Part shown: in pieces, positions 52,506-64,000 of the stretch
Layout of the letters: every line of letters begins with the position of its first letter
How positions within the stretch are numbered: the first letter of the stretch is position 1
From: Heptranchias perlo
Lineage: Eukaryota
Length of the DNA: 64,000 nucleotides
NCBI RefSeq assembly: GCF_035084215.1
Contig: NC_090351.1
Span: 23,994,001-24,058,000, forward strand
Reading direction: 5' to 3'
Notes under the pieces: generated by a model
Told to the model about the DNA's origin: nothing
Databases searched by the model: none
What the model saw: the letters and a program-made list of their open reading frames with translations, nothing else
Made by a program: the position numbers and the translations under genes

Positions 52506-53200
52506 CGCAAGGGACCTAGTACTGAGCCCATCTCGGACTGGGTTGCAGCAGTCTGGCCTGGCTGGCTGACAGGCAACAACAAGGCAGAGTGGCAGAGGTG
52601 GGAGCAGGAATGCTGTCATCCTAAGAGAGGACAGCAGGTCCATGTTCCATGGCGCCACTGCCACTCTCCCAGGGCAGCGCCTCAACAATCCAGGTGATCT
52701 GCTGGAGAACAGATTGCTGTACTGCTTTGATGCCTGGAAGCACCTTTCAACAGTATTACCCAGAACTACGATAGCAGCAGTTTGAGCGTCAAAGGCAGCA
52801 TTCTGAGCTCAAAATGCAGCAGTCAGAACTTTGATGGCAGTGGCAGTTTGTGTTGCAATGGAAGCTGTGACATTGGTCATCAGATGCTGCATCTTGGTGG
52901 TTTCCACGGGTATGCTGATGGGGGTGACCACCCGTTCCATGTGGGAAAGGATAGGCTCCAAGCTCTGCACCAAGTTGGAGCTGGACTCCTCCATGCTCCT
53001 TGAGATTGTGCTCAGGCTTTCTGGCAGGCTTTCCAGTGCACCAAGCATTTGGTGTGTATGCCCATCAGCCGTCTTCTGTAGACTGGCCCATTGAAGTCAT
53101 CATCTGACTCTTCGGCAGCAGAACTAGTGTGCGACCTCACCCTTTGACGAGCTGGCACCTGTGGTATTCATTCCCCCCACCCTCCCTCCTGTGCACTCCT

Positions 53201-53767
53201 GTCAGAAATGGGGATGTTCGCTGATGATTGCACAGTGTTCAGTTCCATTTGCAACCTCTCAGATAATGAAGCAGTCTGTACTCGCATGCAGCAAGACCTG
53301 GACAACATCCAGGCTAGGGCTGATAAGTGGCATGTAACATTCGCACGAGACAAGTGCCTGGCAATGACCGTCTCTAACAAGAGAGAGTCTAACCACCTCC
53401 CCATGACATTCAAAGGCATTACCATCGCTGAGTCTCTCACCATCAACATCCTGGGGGTCACCATTGACCAGAAACTTAACTGGACCAGCAACATAAATAC
53501 TGTGGCTACAAGAGCAGGTCAGAGGCTGGGTATTCTGTGGCGAGTGACTCACCTCCTGACACCCCAAATCTAGAGTCAAGTCAAGAGTGTGATGGAATAC
53601 TCTCCACTTGCCTGGATGAGTGCAGCTCCAACAACACTCAAGAAGCGCGACACCTTCCAGGACAAAGCAGCCCGCTTGATTGTCACCCCATCCATCACCC
53701 TAAACATTCACTCCCTTCACCACCAGCGCGCCGTGGCTGCAATGTGTACCATCTACAAAATGCACTG
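53201..53767 (+). mobile_element. LINE family B internal fragment, truncated at both ends
   Basis: Diverged match to 50521-51101 (MGMFADDCTVFSSI...LGVTIDQKLNW). Confidence 0.88.
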
Positions 53768-54489
53768 AGGTTGTGTCTGGAGGGCCTTCAACCCCCCTGC
53801 GGATATAGGACGCCCTCCATCTGTCCACCTCTTCCACCAAGGCCTTTAGTGCATCATCCAAGAACCTTGGTGCACGCTCTCTCGCAGGCGCAACCATCCT
53901 TCATCATGTTGCAGTACAGGTTTACTTCACAATTGGCTTCCACCACTTCCTGCAGCCACAGTGCACCTCCCCTTTAAGAGGTGCAGGCCGCCTATAAGTA
54001 GTGCTAGCCACTCCTGATATTGGGTCCCCTTGCTGATGCGTGCAGCCAATTAACTGCGCTTGTGGTGCTGACTGCACGCAGCAATCATTTAATTAATCAG
54101 GCAGCACGAATGTTATGTGCTGCTTGCATCACAACAAATGGGCGCGGATTAAACGTGCACTGCGATCCCAGTGCCCATTTTCAAGGGTTATCCAGTATAA
54201 ACCTCACATCTTTTAAAATTAGACTTTGTAAAAATTACAGCTGAGTATTAAGCAACAGATATGCAGATTAATATATTCTGAGGGAAATGAAATACATTTT
54301 CAAAATTATTTTTTAAGAAACTGCTGGCATCTGCAAAAAAGGGTTAATGTTCCATCATAGTAATTAGTGCTTTTTGATTTAAGATTATAAAATACTTTGT
54401 TTCGCCAAATTCTCCCTGCACAGTTTGTGCTGACCTATCCAAGAGACCGAGTGGGTGACCTGCTCCTAGTTTCTGCCAGTGATGCTCAT

Positions 54490-54970
54490 TACTGGAAAAT
54501 GTATAACACTGGCCTTTCAACAACTCTTTTGCATCCTTTTGTAAAACTAGTCAAGCACGGCCTGCCCTTCACTAATCTACGCTGACTGTCCCTGATTAAT
54601 CCGTGCTTTTCAAACCGTTCATTAGCATGGACCCTAGCGGGGTAATAATATGATTTTGCGCTGACAGCAAGGAGCTTTGTCCACCGGTGGAGCATATTGG
54701 AAATTTGGGTGTGGGCTGTGCATGATTTCCTGACCATTATGGTTGAAAAATCATGTGCAGTATACACTCAAATTCCCAATATGTGCTATTAGTAAGCAAG
54801 GCCCGCGCCAGCAGTGCAAAGTCCGAATATTACCTTGAAGAACCCACAACTGCGGTAAGACTAATTGGTCTACAAGTTCCTCATTTTTCCTTTTCTCCTC
54901 TCTTGAACAGAGGTGTAACATTTGCTACCTTCCAGGCCTGTGGTGCAATTCCTGTTTCCAAAGATTAGTG
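54490..54970 (-). mobile_element. Old CR1 RT fragments split by another repeat
   Basis: Minus: KHGLIRDSQRRLVKGRPCLT; W...NVTPLFKRGEKE-like segment at 54850-54970. Confidence 0.55.
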
Positions 54971-55812
54971 AAGTATTATTGGCTTAGCATTACCACAATT
55001 AAATTAATAACTCTGAGCTGGTACTTATGGATTTTGTGAAAGTTAAAGATTGGATGACTTATGCTAATTAATATTAAATTATGTTAATTAACCTCTGCAC
55101 ATAAATTAGATTATGAAGCATGCTTACCCACCCCCACAGAACAAAACCTTAATGAGCACAAGTCCTAATTACTTAAAACTTGTCGAGCATCTTTGTTACT
55201 TTGTTATGCTGAAAGGGACAACGTATAAATAAATATGCTAATTAGACCTGATCTACATAACTAAACCAACTGAATTAGAAAATTGGCTTTTTCCAGTAAT
55301 GGAGTTGTAAGTCCTGACTTAATGAAACTCAGGGTATATTAATTTTGCTTTAAAGGATAACCAATTAATAGGATATGTTAATTAGATCTTATTTAAAACT
55401 ACAAATCACATTTATTAGAAGAAAGAGTTTTAACTGTAACTCAAAGATTATACTGGCTGGGCTTCCCTAGTGGTTTAGCAAATTTATTTAGTGACAAGCT
55501 GAGCTACAAAGACTAAGAAACACCCCGAAGTTAGGATTCCTGCTTCTGCTTGTGGTTCAGTTATTCCTGCTAGGACAATGTGCTGATGTGGATGTCAGGT
55601 GATTACCTCAGCTCACACATGAAGAGTGGCCGCTTGAGCAAGCTAACAGAGATCTGCGCCCCAGTGGGCCCAAAGCTTCTGATGGTCTGGTAGGGTGTAA
55701 ACCCAGCAGATCGAATTGGAGTGGGGATGGGAATTTGGGACTTAGAGAGGATCCACCAGTTTTATGGCACTTTTAAGTTTCCTCTTAAATTCTGCTGGAT
55801 GTAAGAGAGGGT

Positions 55813-55937
55813 GTGATGTGGAGATGCCGGTGATGGACTGGGGTGGACAAATGTAAGGAATCTTACAACACCAGGTTATAGTCCAACAGTTTTATTTGAA
55901 AATCACAAGCTTTCGGAGGCTTTCTCCTTCGTCAGGT
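55813..55937 (-). mobile_element. Penelope-like pLTR fragment with hammerhead core
   Basis: Related to the 43160 arm; minus strand CTGACGA-aggagaaagcctcc-GAAA-gcttgtga at 55903-55935. Confidence 0.8.
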
Positions 55938-56639
55938 TCACTCTAGCTAAAGTGCAGCCAAGCAAATTTTGCATTTAGATGCAAAGGATGCTATCATGTC
56001 CTAAATTCTAACATTTATACCCCAGGTTCCACCAATCTAACTTCTGCTACGAGAAAACAGGATAACTTAGAATAGCATCTGAGTAAGGCTGATATCTTAA
56101 AGGGAAATTGCTGAGTTTCATTGTGCTTTTAGATAGAGGCTCATAACTTTACTCTGTATTGGTCTTTTAGCAATTTTTTGTGCTCTATATTTTGGAGACT
56201 CCTAGCTTCATTTGGAAGTCTCTTTTGAGACTGTCTCTTGTTTGGGGAATTTCCTTACAATGAAGGGGAAGGCTGCAAAATGTTTTTCTTCATGGGAATT
56301 CCCATCTTTATCATTTATTTATAGGAGAAGGAAAAGGAGGAAGAGCAGGCAGCCCAGGAAGCCAGACTTATAAGATAGCACTACAGGAGATCTAGACCCT
56401 CCTGCTGATACCCAGGTACAAAGATGTGTAACCCCAGAAGATCATTCCTTACTATATAAATAGAATTATGTCTGTTTTCTGTGGGTTGTGTCCAGAAGTC
56501 CCTGGACTTGTCACTCACTCCAGGAAACTGCATTGTAGAGATGCCCTCTCTGATAGTGCCACAGAGGATGGCATTGGACGCTGCCACTATCCTTGGCATC
56601 TGCCACACATCTTTGGGACGTCTTTGCAATGCCTTTATA

Positions 56640-57440
56640 TGGTACTGACATTAAAAGGGTGACCAACGTGGCAAAGAGAGACCTGGAAAAAGGCATAGCA
56701 GATGAAGCAAAGCAAGGGCAGCTACTCTCACCTCTCCTCTAACATTCAGCTCCTGTGCCCATGTCTGGATCAAGGCTGGAATAAGGTCTGGAGCACAGGG
56801 ATTCTGGTGGATCTGAGTGTTGCTGATCAACTTATTGGTGAGTAGGTGTTGCTTGATAACTCCTTCCATCACTTTACTGGTGACTGGGGGAGGCTAATAG
56901 GGTGGTAATAGGATAGGTTAGATTTATCCTGTTTTTTTGTGGATTATACATGCCTGGGCAATCTTCCACATTGTCAGGTAAATGCCAGTACTGGAACAGC
57001 TTGGCTAGGGAAACTGCTAACTCTAGTGCAATGGTCTTCAGTACTTAAGCTGAGATGTTGTCGGGGCCTACAGCCTTTGCTGTGACTTGTGCACTTAGCC
57101 GCTCTTAATGTCAAGTGAAATGAACCGACTTGGCTGGACACTGGTATCTATGATGGTAGGGACCTTGGGAGGAGGATCATCCACTTGGCACTTTTGGCTG
57201 AAGGCACTTGCAAACACTTCATATCACTTGCACTCATGTGCTGGGTCCTACTGTCGCTGAGGAAGGGGGATGTTAATGGAGCCTCCTCCTCCTCTTAGTT
57301 GCCTGGTTGTTGACTGGATATTAGAGGGCTACAGAGCTCTGCTATGATCCGTTTGTTGTGGAACTGCTTTGCTCTGTCTATAGCCTGCTGCTTTTGGTGT
57401 TTAGCATACGGGTAGCTCTGTATAGTAGCTTCACAAGGCT
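56640..57440 (-). mobile_element. Older LINE family B RT fragment
   Basis: MEGVIKQHLLTNKLIS...APDLIPALIQTWAQELNVRGEVRVAAL. Confidence 0.8.
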
Positions 57441-60400
57441 TTCTTTGTCCCCCTCCCCCCAAAGGAATTACCCGGTTCTTCTAATGTATCTGGGCAGTTG
57501 ATGATGGGACATGTGCTTTTGTCCCACCCAGCAATATTGAAATTTGCTGACCCCGGGATTAAGGACGGGGTCCACCATTTGGGTGGATGGAAGTCCTACT
57601 CTGCCACACTTACAGAGGTGGATTGTGGAACTCTGAGTTTAAGGGCCAGTGATTTTAAGAAAGGAAGGTAGATAATTGAAGAAAACAAAAACACAGGAAA
57701 ATTTGTTTCAAAAAATATTTTAAAAAACAAAGGGAAAATTTAACAGCAGAATTTAGCAACAACTTGGGCTGCTTATAGTCATTGGTTACAGAGTACTATT
57801 AGAGGTTTGGGAACAAGATTGTAGAGCAAAAATATTTTAGAAATACAAATAAAGAGAAATAATGCTAGCTAGGACTTAAAATAATACATTTTAAACTATT
57901 CACCATTAATGTTCAGCAGATTTTAATCCATGCTATTACTATGGTTTAGCTTATTTCAAAGTGCTAAAAGCCCACAACAGGTGTGCTTTTTACCAACTGT
58001 TTTTGTGAAAAATATCAAAGCAGATTTACTGTGCCAGGCTTGGGTAATAATTCATTAATCTGATAGTTTTGTTCGGAAAAAGGTCTTTTACATCTGTTTC
58101 CCGTGGACAGCCCCGTAGCAACAGCAGGACATGCAAGAGCTTTGGAAAATAACAGGCGTTCTAAATGTCCTGGGACCAGTCAGTTATACACATTCTGCCA
58201 CCTGCCCATCTTTTGGAAAGTTATGTCATGCAGGTGGCCTGTCACACCAAGCATAAAATGACCACTCCAAAACCCACTTATAATTGGAGGCTACAGGGTC
58301 TCTGGGCCTTCTGCTTCTCTTGGCGGGTGTTCCTTTCTCAGTGAGCCGTGCTATCAGCTTTTACTTTGCACACCATAGCAGATCTTTTTACTTTTGTTTG
58401 ATATCTGCGATCGGCTTGTATAATTCATTGACCGTTTTCATTTTTTGGCAGATATTATAACATCAAATATTATAATTTCTTTCCTCCAACAACTTGAAAA
58501 AGGTATAGGCAATGCACTGATGGCTCATGACCTCTGAACTGAGGGCCTCCTCAGGCCCCCATTTTACAAATGTTTGATTCCTTTAAATGAATTTAACAAT
58601 GACTGCAGCACCTTTATTGATTTCAGCCCCAGTGCTTTTAAATACATACAGAACCATCATTTGGATTTTTTTGTTTTGCTTTTTTTTTTACTATCCTTTA
58701 ATCCTTTAGATCTCCATAACCCCATTCTATTTCAAGAGGGCAGGCAGAATATCCGCTTAAAGGTGTGTGCTTTTACTGCTCTGTACCCATTTACTAGAAG
58801 ATGCAACAGAGTTGTTTGTGATAATGGGGTCACTGATCTTTACCCGATCTTTACGATCTTCTAGAGGCCTTCACTCTTTCCAAATTGGGCCCAACTCTTA
58901 CTGCTGAAGGTCTTGCTCTCAGCGGAGGCCTACAGTGGGAGCCCAATGCAGTCTTCAGGGCATTCTGCTCTTTTTAAGATCCCTTGCCACCTCTTTGGTG
59001 CTGCAGTGGCATCAGGTTTCTCTTCTTTGCATTGACAGGCTACCTCTTGGCAGCGGGAATCCAACAGGGAGCCCGCCATGCATCAGAAACAACCCCCTGA
59101 CCCAGGGAAATGGGTCAGAGTGAACTCAGTGGGTGGGTAGAAGTCCCCAAAGAGGACAAACACAGCTGTGATGTCAGAAGTACGACCTATGTGCACTTTC
59201 TGTAAATGTCGCACTTTCTGTAAATGTCACACTTACTTTCTGTAACACTTTCCCCATCATACTTTGCCCATTACCCGTCAGTATATACTTCGAATCACTG
59301 TATGCAACACCAAGGAAGACCAGACAAGCACATTTTGTGTACTGGTATAATATCTCAAAAGAAAGGCAGAGTTCACTGTCAAACTCAATCCAGAGTGGAG
59401 TCCATGCTGAATCCATTTCAGTCTGAACAAAGTGATGTAAGTATAATACGAATGGGACTCATTCATTTCACTTCTCACTTAACTACATTTAGTTTCTTGC
59501 ACAGAAACATGTCAGCATCATCCAAAGAAGTCTGAGGTGTGACTTTTTAATTTATTGATTGAGTATAAATGTAAGAATATTACAAAAACAATGGTTGCTG
59601 CAATCCAATTCACCCGATTTAACAAAACAGTGATCAATTATCATACCAGGTCAGGCAACAAAGGATCTAGCAATGAGACAAAGGATAGAAGTTCTCAGCC
59701 CTCAAGCTCATTATCATATTTATAAGATACTATTGGTGAGGTGCGTGAATTCATTTTTAAAATGATATACACATAAAGCAAAAAAAATCTGTATGTTAAC
59801 TTTCAAAGAACATTTCATTTAAAAAATAGAAATTGGCACTTGACCTATAAAATATTTTTCCTGCAGTGCACGATCACAATTATGTTTGCCTGTTGGCTTT
59901 GTGTGGTTTAAAGTGAAAGACAGATGTCTGAAGTCTATATAACCACATACAATGAATACCAGGTAGTCTGCACAAAAGAGTACTCACTGTCCACATATAG
60001 CACTACAAACCAAAAGCTAGATGCAGGAAAATATACAAAGAGCATTCTGACAATTCACACCATTGTGGTCAGCGTGACAACAATATTAAGGCATCTTTTT
60101 TGGTGTGAGTCAGTGTTAACTGCTTTTAGTGCTACTTTCAGCAGATAGCACAACACTTTGAGTTCACATCAGGTTTGGTGCTATGAGCCACACTGAATTC
60201 AATATACCATCATCTACGTTGAAGACTTCAAAAAGTTGAATTGAACATGAAAAGAAATTCCTTATTCCAGTTAAGTATTGACAGATAAAACAATTAAGAG
60301 CCTAAACCACAAAAGGTTAGTTACTACTCAACTACTTAACATCGCCATGAAGTAAATTGTTGCTGATGCGGTACAGGAAACAGTTACTTCACTTGCACTC

Positions 60401-61439
60401 TTCTGCCCAAAACAACGCTACATGATTAGCATAATGATCTCTGATGTTAAACTTTTGTGGGTTAATGACCTTCGGTTGAACCCAGCCTAATCCAATACAG
60501 TGTTTCATTGACAGCAAGAGTTACGTGTGTGTCCGTGTATGTGTGTGTGTGTTGCACCCCCGAGGCAATTTCTATTGAGAGCACTGATGACTAAAGTGGT
60601 CAATAATCTGAACTACCACTTTAGAGACAAGTAATAAAATGAATACGATTACCACCAATAGGAAAATAATTTCAGAACTACTTACAATCTTCTCACTCAT
60701 CTCACCAGTTTGTATGTTATAAATATAATATTGACCTCGAGGGCTGAGAACTTTTTCCCTTTGTCTCATTACAAGTGCAGCTGCCCTGTAAACCGCTCCT
60801 CCTATCCATTATGACCTTGGTCTTAAAACCTCACACAGGTCAGTGATCTGTATAATCCATTTCTTTGGAGTTCAAAGGTATTAAGAGAGCTTAATAAAAA
60901 GTAAGTGATACCATCTGTGGTGCTCAGGGATCTGTGTTTATTGACCCAAATGGGCTCTAATTGCTGAAGGAACCTCCTGCAACTAGTTTTCATGTTTACT
61001 CCACGTGATCGATGTATTAAAATATGGCAAAAACTTTTTGTGGCTTCCCTAGACTGCATTAGACATGCTTCAAAAATTGAAACAACTGCCCCACCCCACA
61101 TCTCCCCTCCTCTCCTGAAAGCAAATTTAAATAACTCTCTTCTAAATTCAAGATGCACTTGCCAATGAAACACATACTTGAAGAAATCGCAGCATGTTTA
61201 ATTAATTGGCCTGACTAGTCCCTTAAGCATTTGGTGGGTAACCAACCAATTAATCATCGCAATAATGTACCGAGGTAGGCGTAAATGCCGTTTCCGCTGA
61301 TCTCTCACCAAAGTTACGGCAGCTGATCAGGAGAAGCCCTGACGAAATTCCCGGCAATTATTTCTGTCAGCAAACTGTTTTTTTAATTTTCCCTGGCAAA
61401 AATCAAAAGAACCTTTGCCAAACTAACCAAAAATGCTTT

Positions 61440-61583
61440 GGCTGGGAAATTCCTCAGAGTTGCTGCTGCCCTGCTACTGCTCTGCTGCTGTAAATTCACC
61501 GTAAGTGTGGCGGTAACCTGGTTTATGCTGATGGACGGGATTTCCGCCACACTTTTGGTGAAGTTCTGAGGAATTTCCCAGCC
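61440..61583. mobile_element. 144-bp MITE
   Basis: TIR ggctgggaaattcctcaga / tctgaggaatttcccagcc; flanks ttt and ttc. Confidence 0.7.
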
Positions 61584-61859
61584 TTCATTTTTGTCACCAC
61601 AGTAATCCTCTGGCATGGCAGCTAAGTGGCCATTTGTCATATGAAAACCATGAATATTGGCAGGCCATCCAAACATGGAAGGCACCTCAGCCAAGTCTGA
61701 TCCTGTTATTATCAGATATTCATATACAGGAGTCACTGGAATACAATCAGGAGTGGAAATTCTGTCCTCTTTTCCTATCCATAACTCAGGGCTTCTTAAG
61801 CCACTAACACTACTACTACTATTACTACTACTATAACAAGCATAGTTAATGTGGAAGAT

Positions 61860-63085
61860 CATTCAAAGGCAGTTCAGAGGCATGAGGAAAAAAAATGTGT
61901 GCCAAACCAAAGAAGGAAATAATAGGAGGAATAATCAAAAGTTTGGTCAGAGAATCAGGGTTTGAGGAGAGGAAGGTTGAGCAATGGAGGGATTTAGAGA
62001 GGGACTTCCAGAGTGTGGGGCCTAGGCGGGTGAAGGCATGGCCACCAATGGTGGAGCAAAGGAAGGCCAAAGTCAGAGTAATGGAGAGCCTGTGGGGATT
62101 GTAGCACTGGAGAAAATTATAGAGATAGAGTGGTGAGAACATGAAGTGATTTGAACACAAGGATGAAAATGTTATAATTGAGGTATGGGGCGGGGCGGGG
62201 GTGACAGAGGACTGGTGGGTGCCGGGAAACAATGTAGGTCAGCGAGAACGGGGGTAATGGGTGAGCAGGGCTTTGTGCGAAATACAGGCAGCAGAGTTTT
62301 GGATGGGCTGAAGTTTACACAGGGTGGAGGATGGGTGGCCGACCAGGAGAGCGTTGGAAGAGTCAACTTTGGAGGTGACAAAAGCACGAATGAGGGTTTC
62401 AGCCACAGATGGGCTGAAATAGGGGTGGAGGTGGGTGCTGTTATGGGGCTGGAAGGAGGAGTTCTTTGTAATGGAAAGGATATAGGACCTGAAATGCAAC
62501 TTTCAGTCAAACAGGACCATAAGCTTGTGAACGGTCTAGTTCACCCTGAGGCAGTGGGCAGGAGAGGGGGGATTAAATCAGCAACAAGGGTGTGGAGTTT
62601 GTGGCAGGGGCCGATGGTGATGGCTTCAATCCACCCAATGTTTAGCTGGAGGAAGTTATGGCTTACCCAATAATGGACAAGTTGAGTGACAGGACAAAAA
62701 CAGTGGAGGAGTCGAGAGAGGTGGTAGAGACGTAGAGATGAAGAAGCTGACGCCATGTCAGCAAATGATGTTACCAAAGGGCAGTATGTTAATTAGGAAG
62801 AGGTGGGGGCCAAGGATGGAAAGAAAAGTCATTAGTACAGAGGCGCTTCTGACAATCAGATAGTTATGAACGGAAACAAACAAGGGCTGCGCCATTAAAT
62901 TGGACAGTAGAAGAGAAGTGTTGGAGGAAGATAGTCTGGTTGACGATGTTAAAGGATACAAAAAGGTCAAGGAGAGATAATGCACCATAGTCACAGTGAA
63001 TGCTATTTGTGTTTTTGGCTAGGGCTTTTTCAGTGCTGTGGGAAAGGCAGAGATTTGATTTGAGCGCTTCAATCAGGGAGTTATG
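61860..63085 (-). mobile_element. Decayed L2 LINE
   Basis: AETLIRAFVTSKVDSSNALLVG...LQPIQNSAA; NFLQLNIG; 3' UTR resembles other L2 copies. Confidence 0.82.
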
Positions 63086-64000
63086 GGAGAGATGGGAAGG
63101 GCTACTACCTGTGGTAGGTTGTGTTTACACAGCCTGCACACCTCTGCCTAGTAAAATGGCTTGCCCCAACATTTATGGCAAGGCCAGCATCATGTCCTGA
63201 AGGGGAGCAGAAGTCCTGCTGCTCCTCAATTCCAATGGTGTGACAGCATTGGTGTGTGGAATTTCAAGCCCTTTGTCTTTTAATTATTACTGATGAAACC
63301 ATCTCATAAAATGTAAAAAACAACCAATTTTCAGAGGCACTTTCAAAATATCATACAAGTCACCCCATTAACAGCCCTAGAGACATGCAGTAAAGATTAA
63401 AAGCTTCCTCCTGTGTCACTCCTTTCCTAGGATTACATTGCTCTGCTACTGGTACCTTACTGGGTCTAAAAGCAACTTAATACACTGATCTGGTGTTGGT
63501 ATGGGAGGAGAGGGGGTTCAGCTGTATGTCAGATTAATTCCTATAATTTGTTTATCTGAGATGAATCTGCTCCTTTATTTTAATGTTTTGTTTTTCTTTC
63601 ACAGGGGAATACTCATATAGAGTTCTGGCAGGATTGGGTTTCAGCCAATTCTATCACACAGATCCTGTTCTAAACCAGAACCAGATTCACTCCAGTACGA
63701 CCCTGCTAGTGTAAACAGGTTTTTAATCAGTTCTGCTTCTGTTGAATCTATGTTTGAATCTTCTCTTTTGTAACCTTGTCTTTTAAAGTACTTCTGTTTT
63801 ATGCACTTTGTGAAATAAAAGATGCTTAGATGCAGCATGTTGTTATATAATGGTACAACAATGGCCACGCAAAATAAATTACATGTTATTGCTATTGCAA
63901 AAGCAGCATGAAGGTTAAAGTTCAGTTGTTTCTGGACAAATAAAAGAAGCAGTGGCTCGTTAAAAAATTGCAACGTTCATGGTCGCAGCAGTTGGAAACA

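Larger units (their letters stand above)
51760..53897 (-). pseudogene. Harbinger Myb/SANT-like gene, H3, fragmented
   Basis: Exon 1 RERAPRFLDDALKALVEEVDRWR (53897-53770); C-terminal MLGALESLPESLSTISRSMEESS (53048-52809) is homologous to H1 HQEILAAL; 3' boundary approximate. Confidence 0.75.
48384..54205. mobile_element. Harbinger transposon H3, the most complete copy, with three nested LINE fragments
   Basis: Left end ggggcaaaattgggcc; right end ...tataaacctc; TSD ACA (48381-48383, 54206-54208); transposase on + and Myb gene on -. Confidence 0.85.

Noticed and set aside
59192-59245. 18-bp tandem duplication gcactttctgtaaatgtc
   Set aside because: Ordinary slippage duplication with no further structure.
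60572-60800. Minus-strand exon candidate with a gtaagt donor
   Set aside because: Weak acceptor and unrecognisable peptide.
63605-63973. 110-aa minus ORF and a plus-strand acceptor (tttcacag at 63604)
   Set aside because: No recognisable protein, a stop just upstream of the minus ORF, and no partner exon inside the window.

Overview
Eukaryotic, repeat-dense vertebrate DNA. The repeat families (SacSINE1/DeuSINE-like SINE, HER1/CR1-type LINEs, L2, Penelope-type pLTRs) point to a cartilaginous fish; this is an inference. No intact cellular gene is recognisable; at most there are two weak exon candidates near 7.9 and 11.5 kb. Most ORFs in the track are decayed transposon fragments or noise. Main content: (1) a near full-length but disrupted Tx1-clade (Keno-like) non-LTR retrotransposon at 2124-7550, headed by 31 nt of U2 snRNA but not sitting in a U2 gene; (2) three decayed two-gene PIF/Harbinger transposons (transposase plus spliced Myb/SANT gene, convergent) and related MITEs, several with verifiable 3-bp TSDs; (3) Penelope-like remnants, including a 197-bp near-perfect palindrome with two inverted minimal hammerhead ribozymes and a 13-bp TSD; (4) many nested CR1/L2 fragments, SINEs and simple repeats; (5) a 176-bp local duplication bracketed by a perfect 22-bp inverted repeat. 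Boundaries without a quoted TSD or TIR are approximate, and family names come from motif recognition, not database searches.
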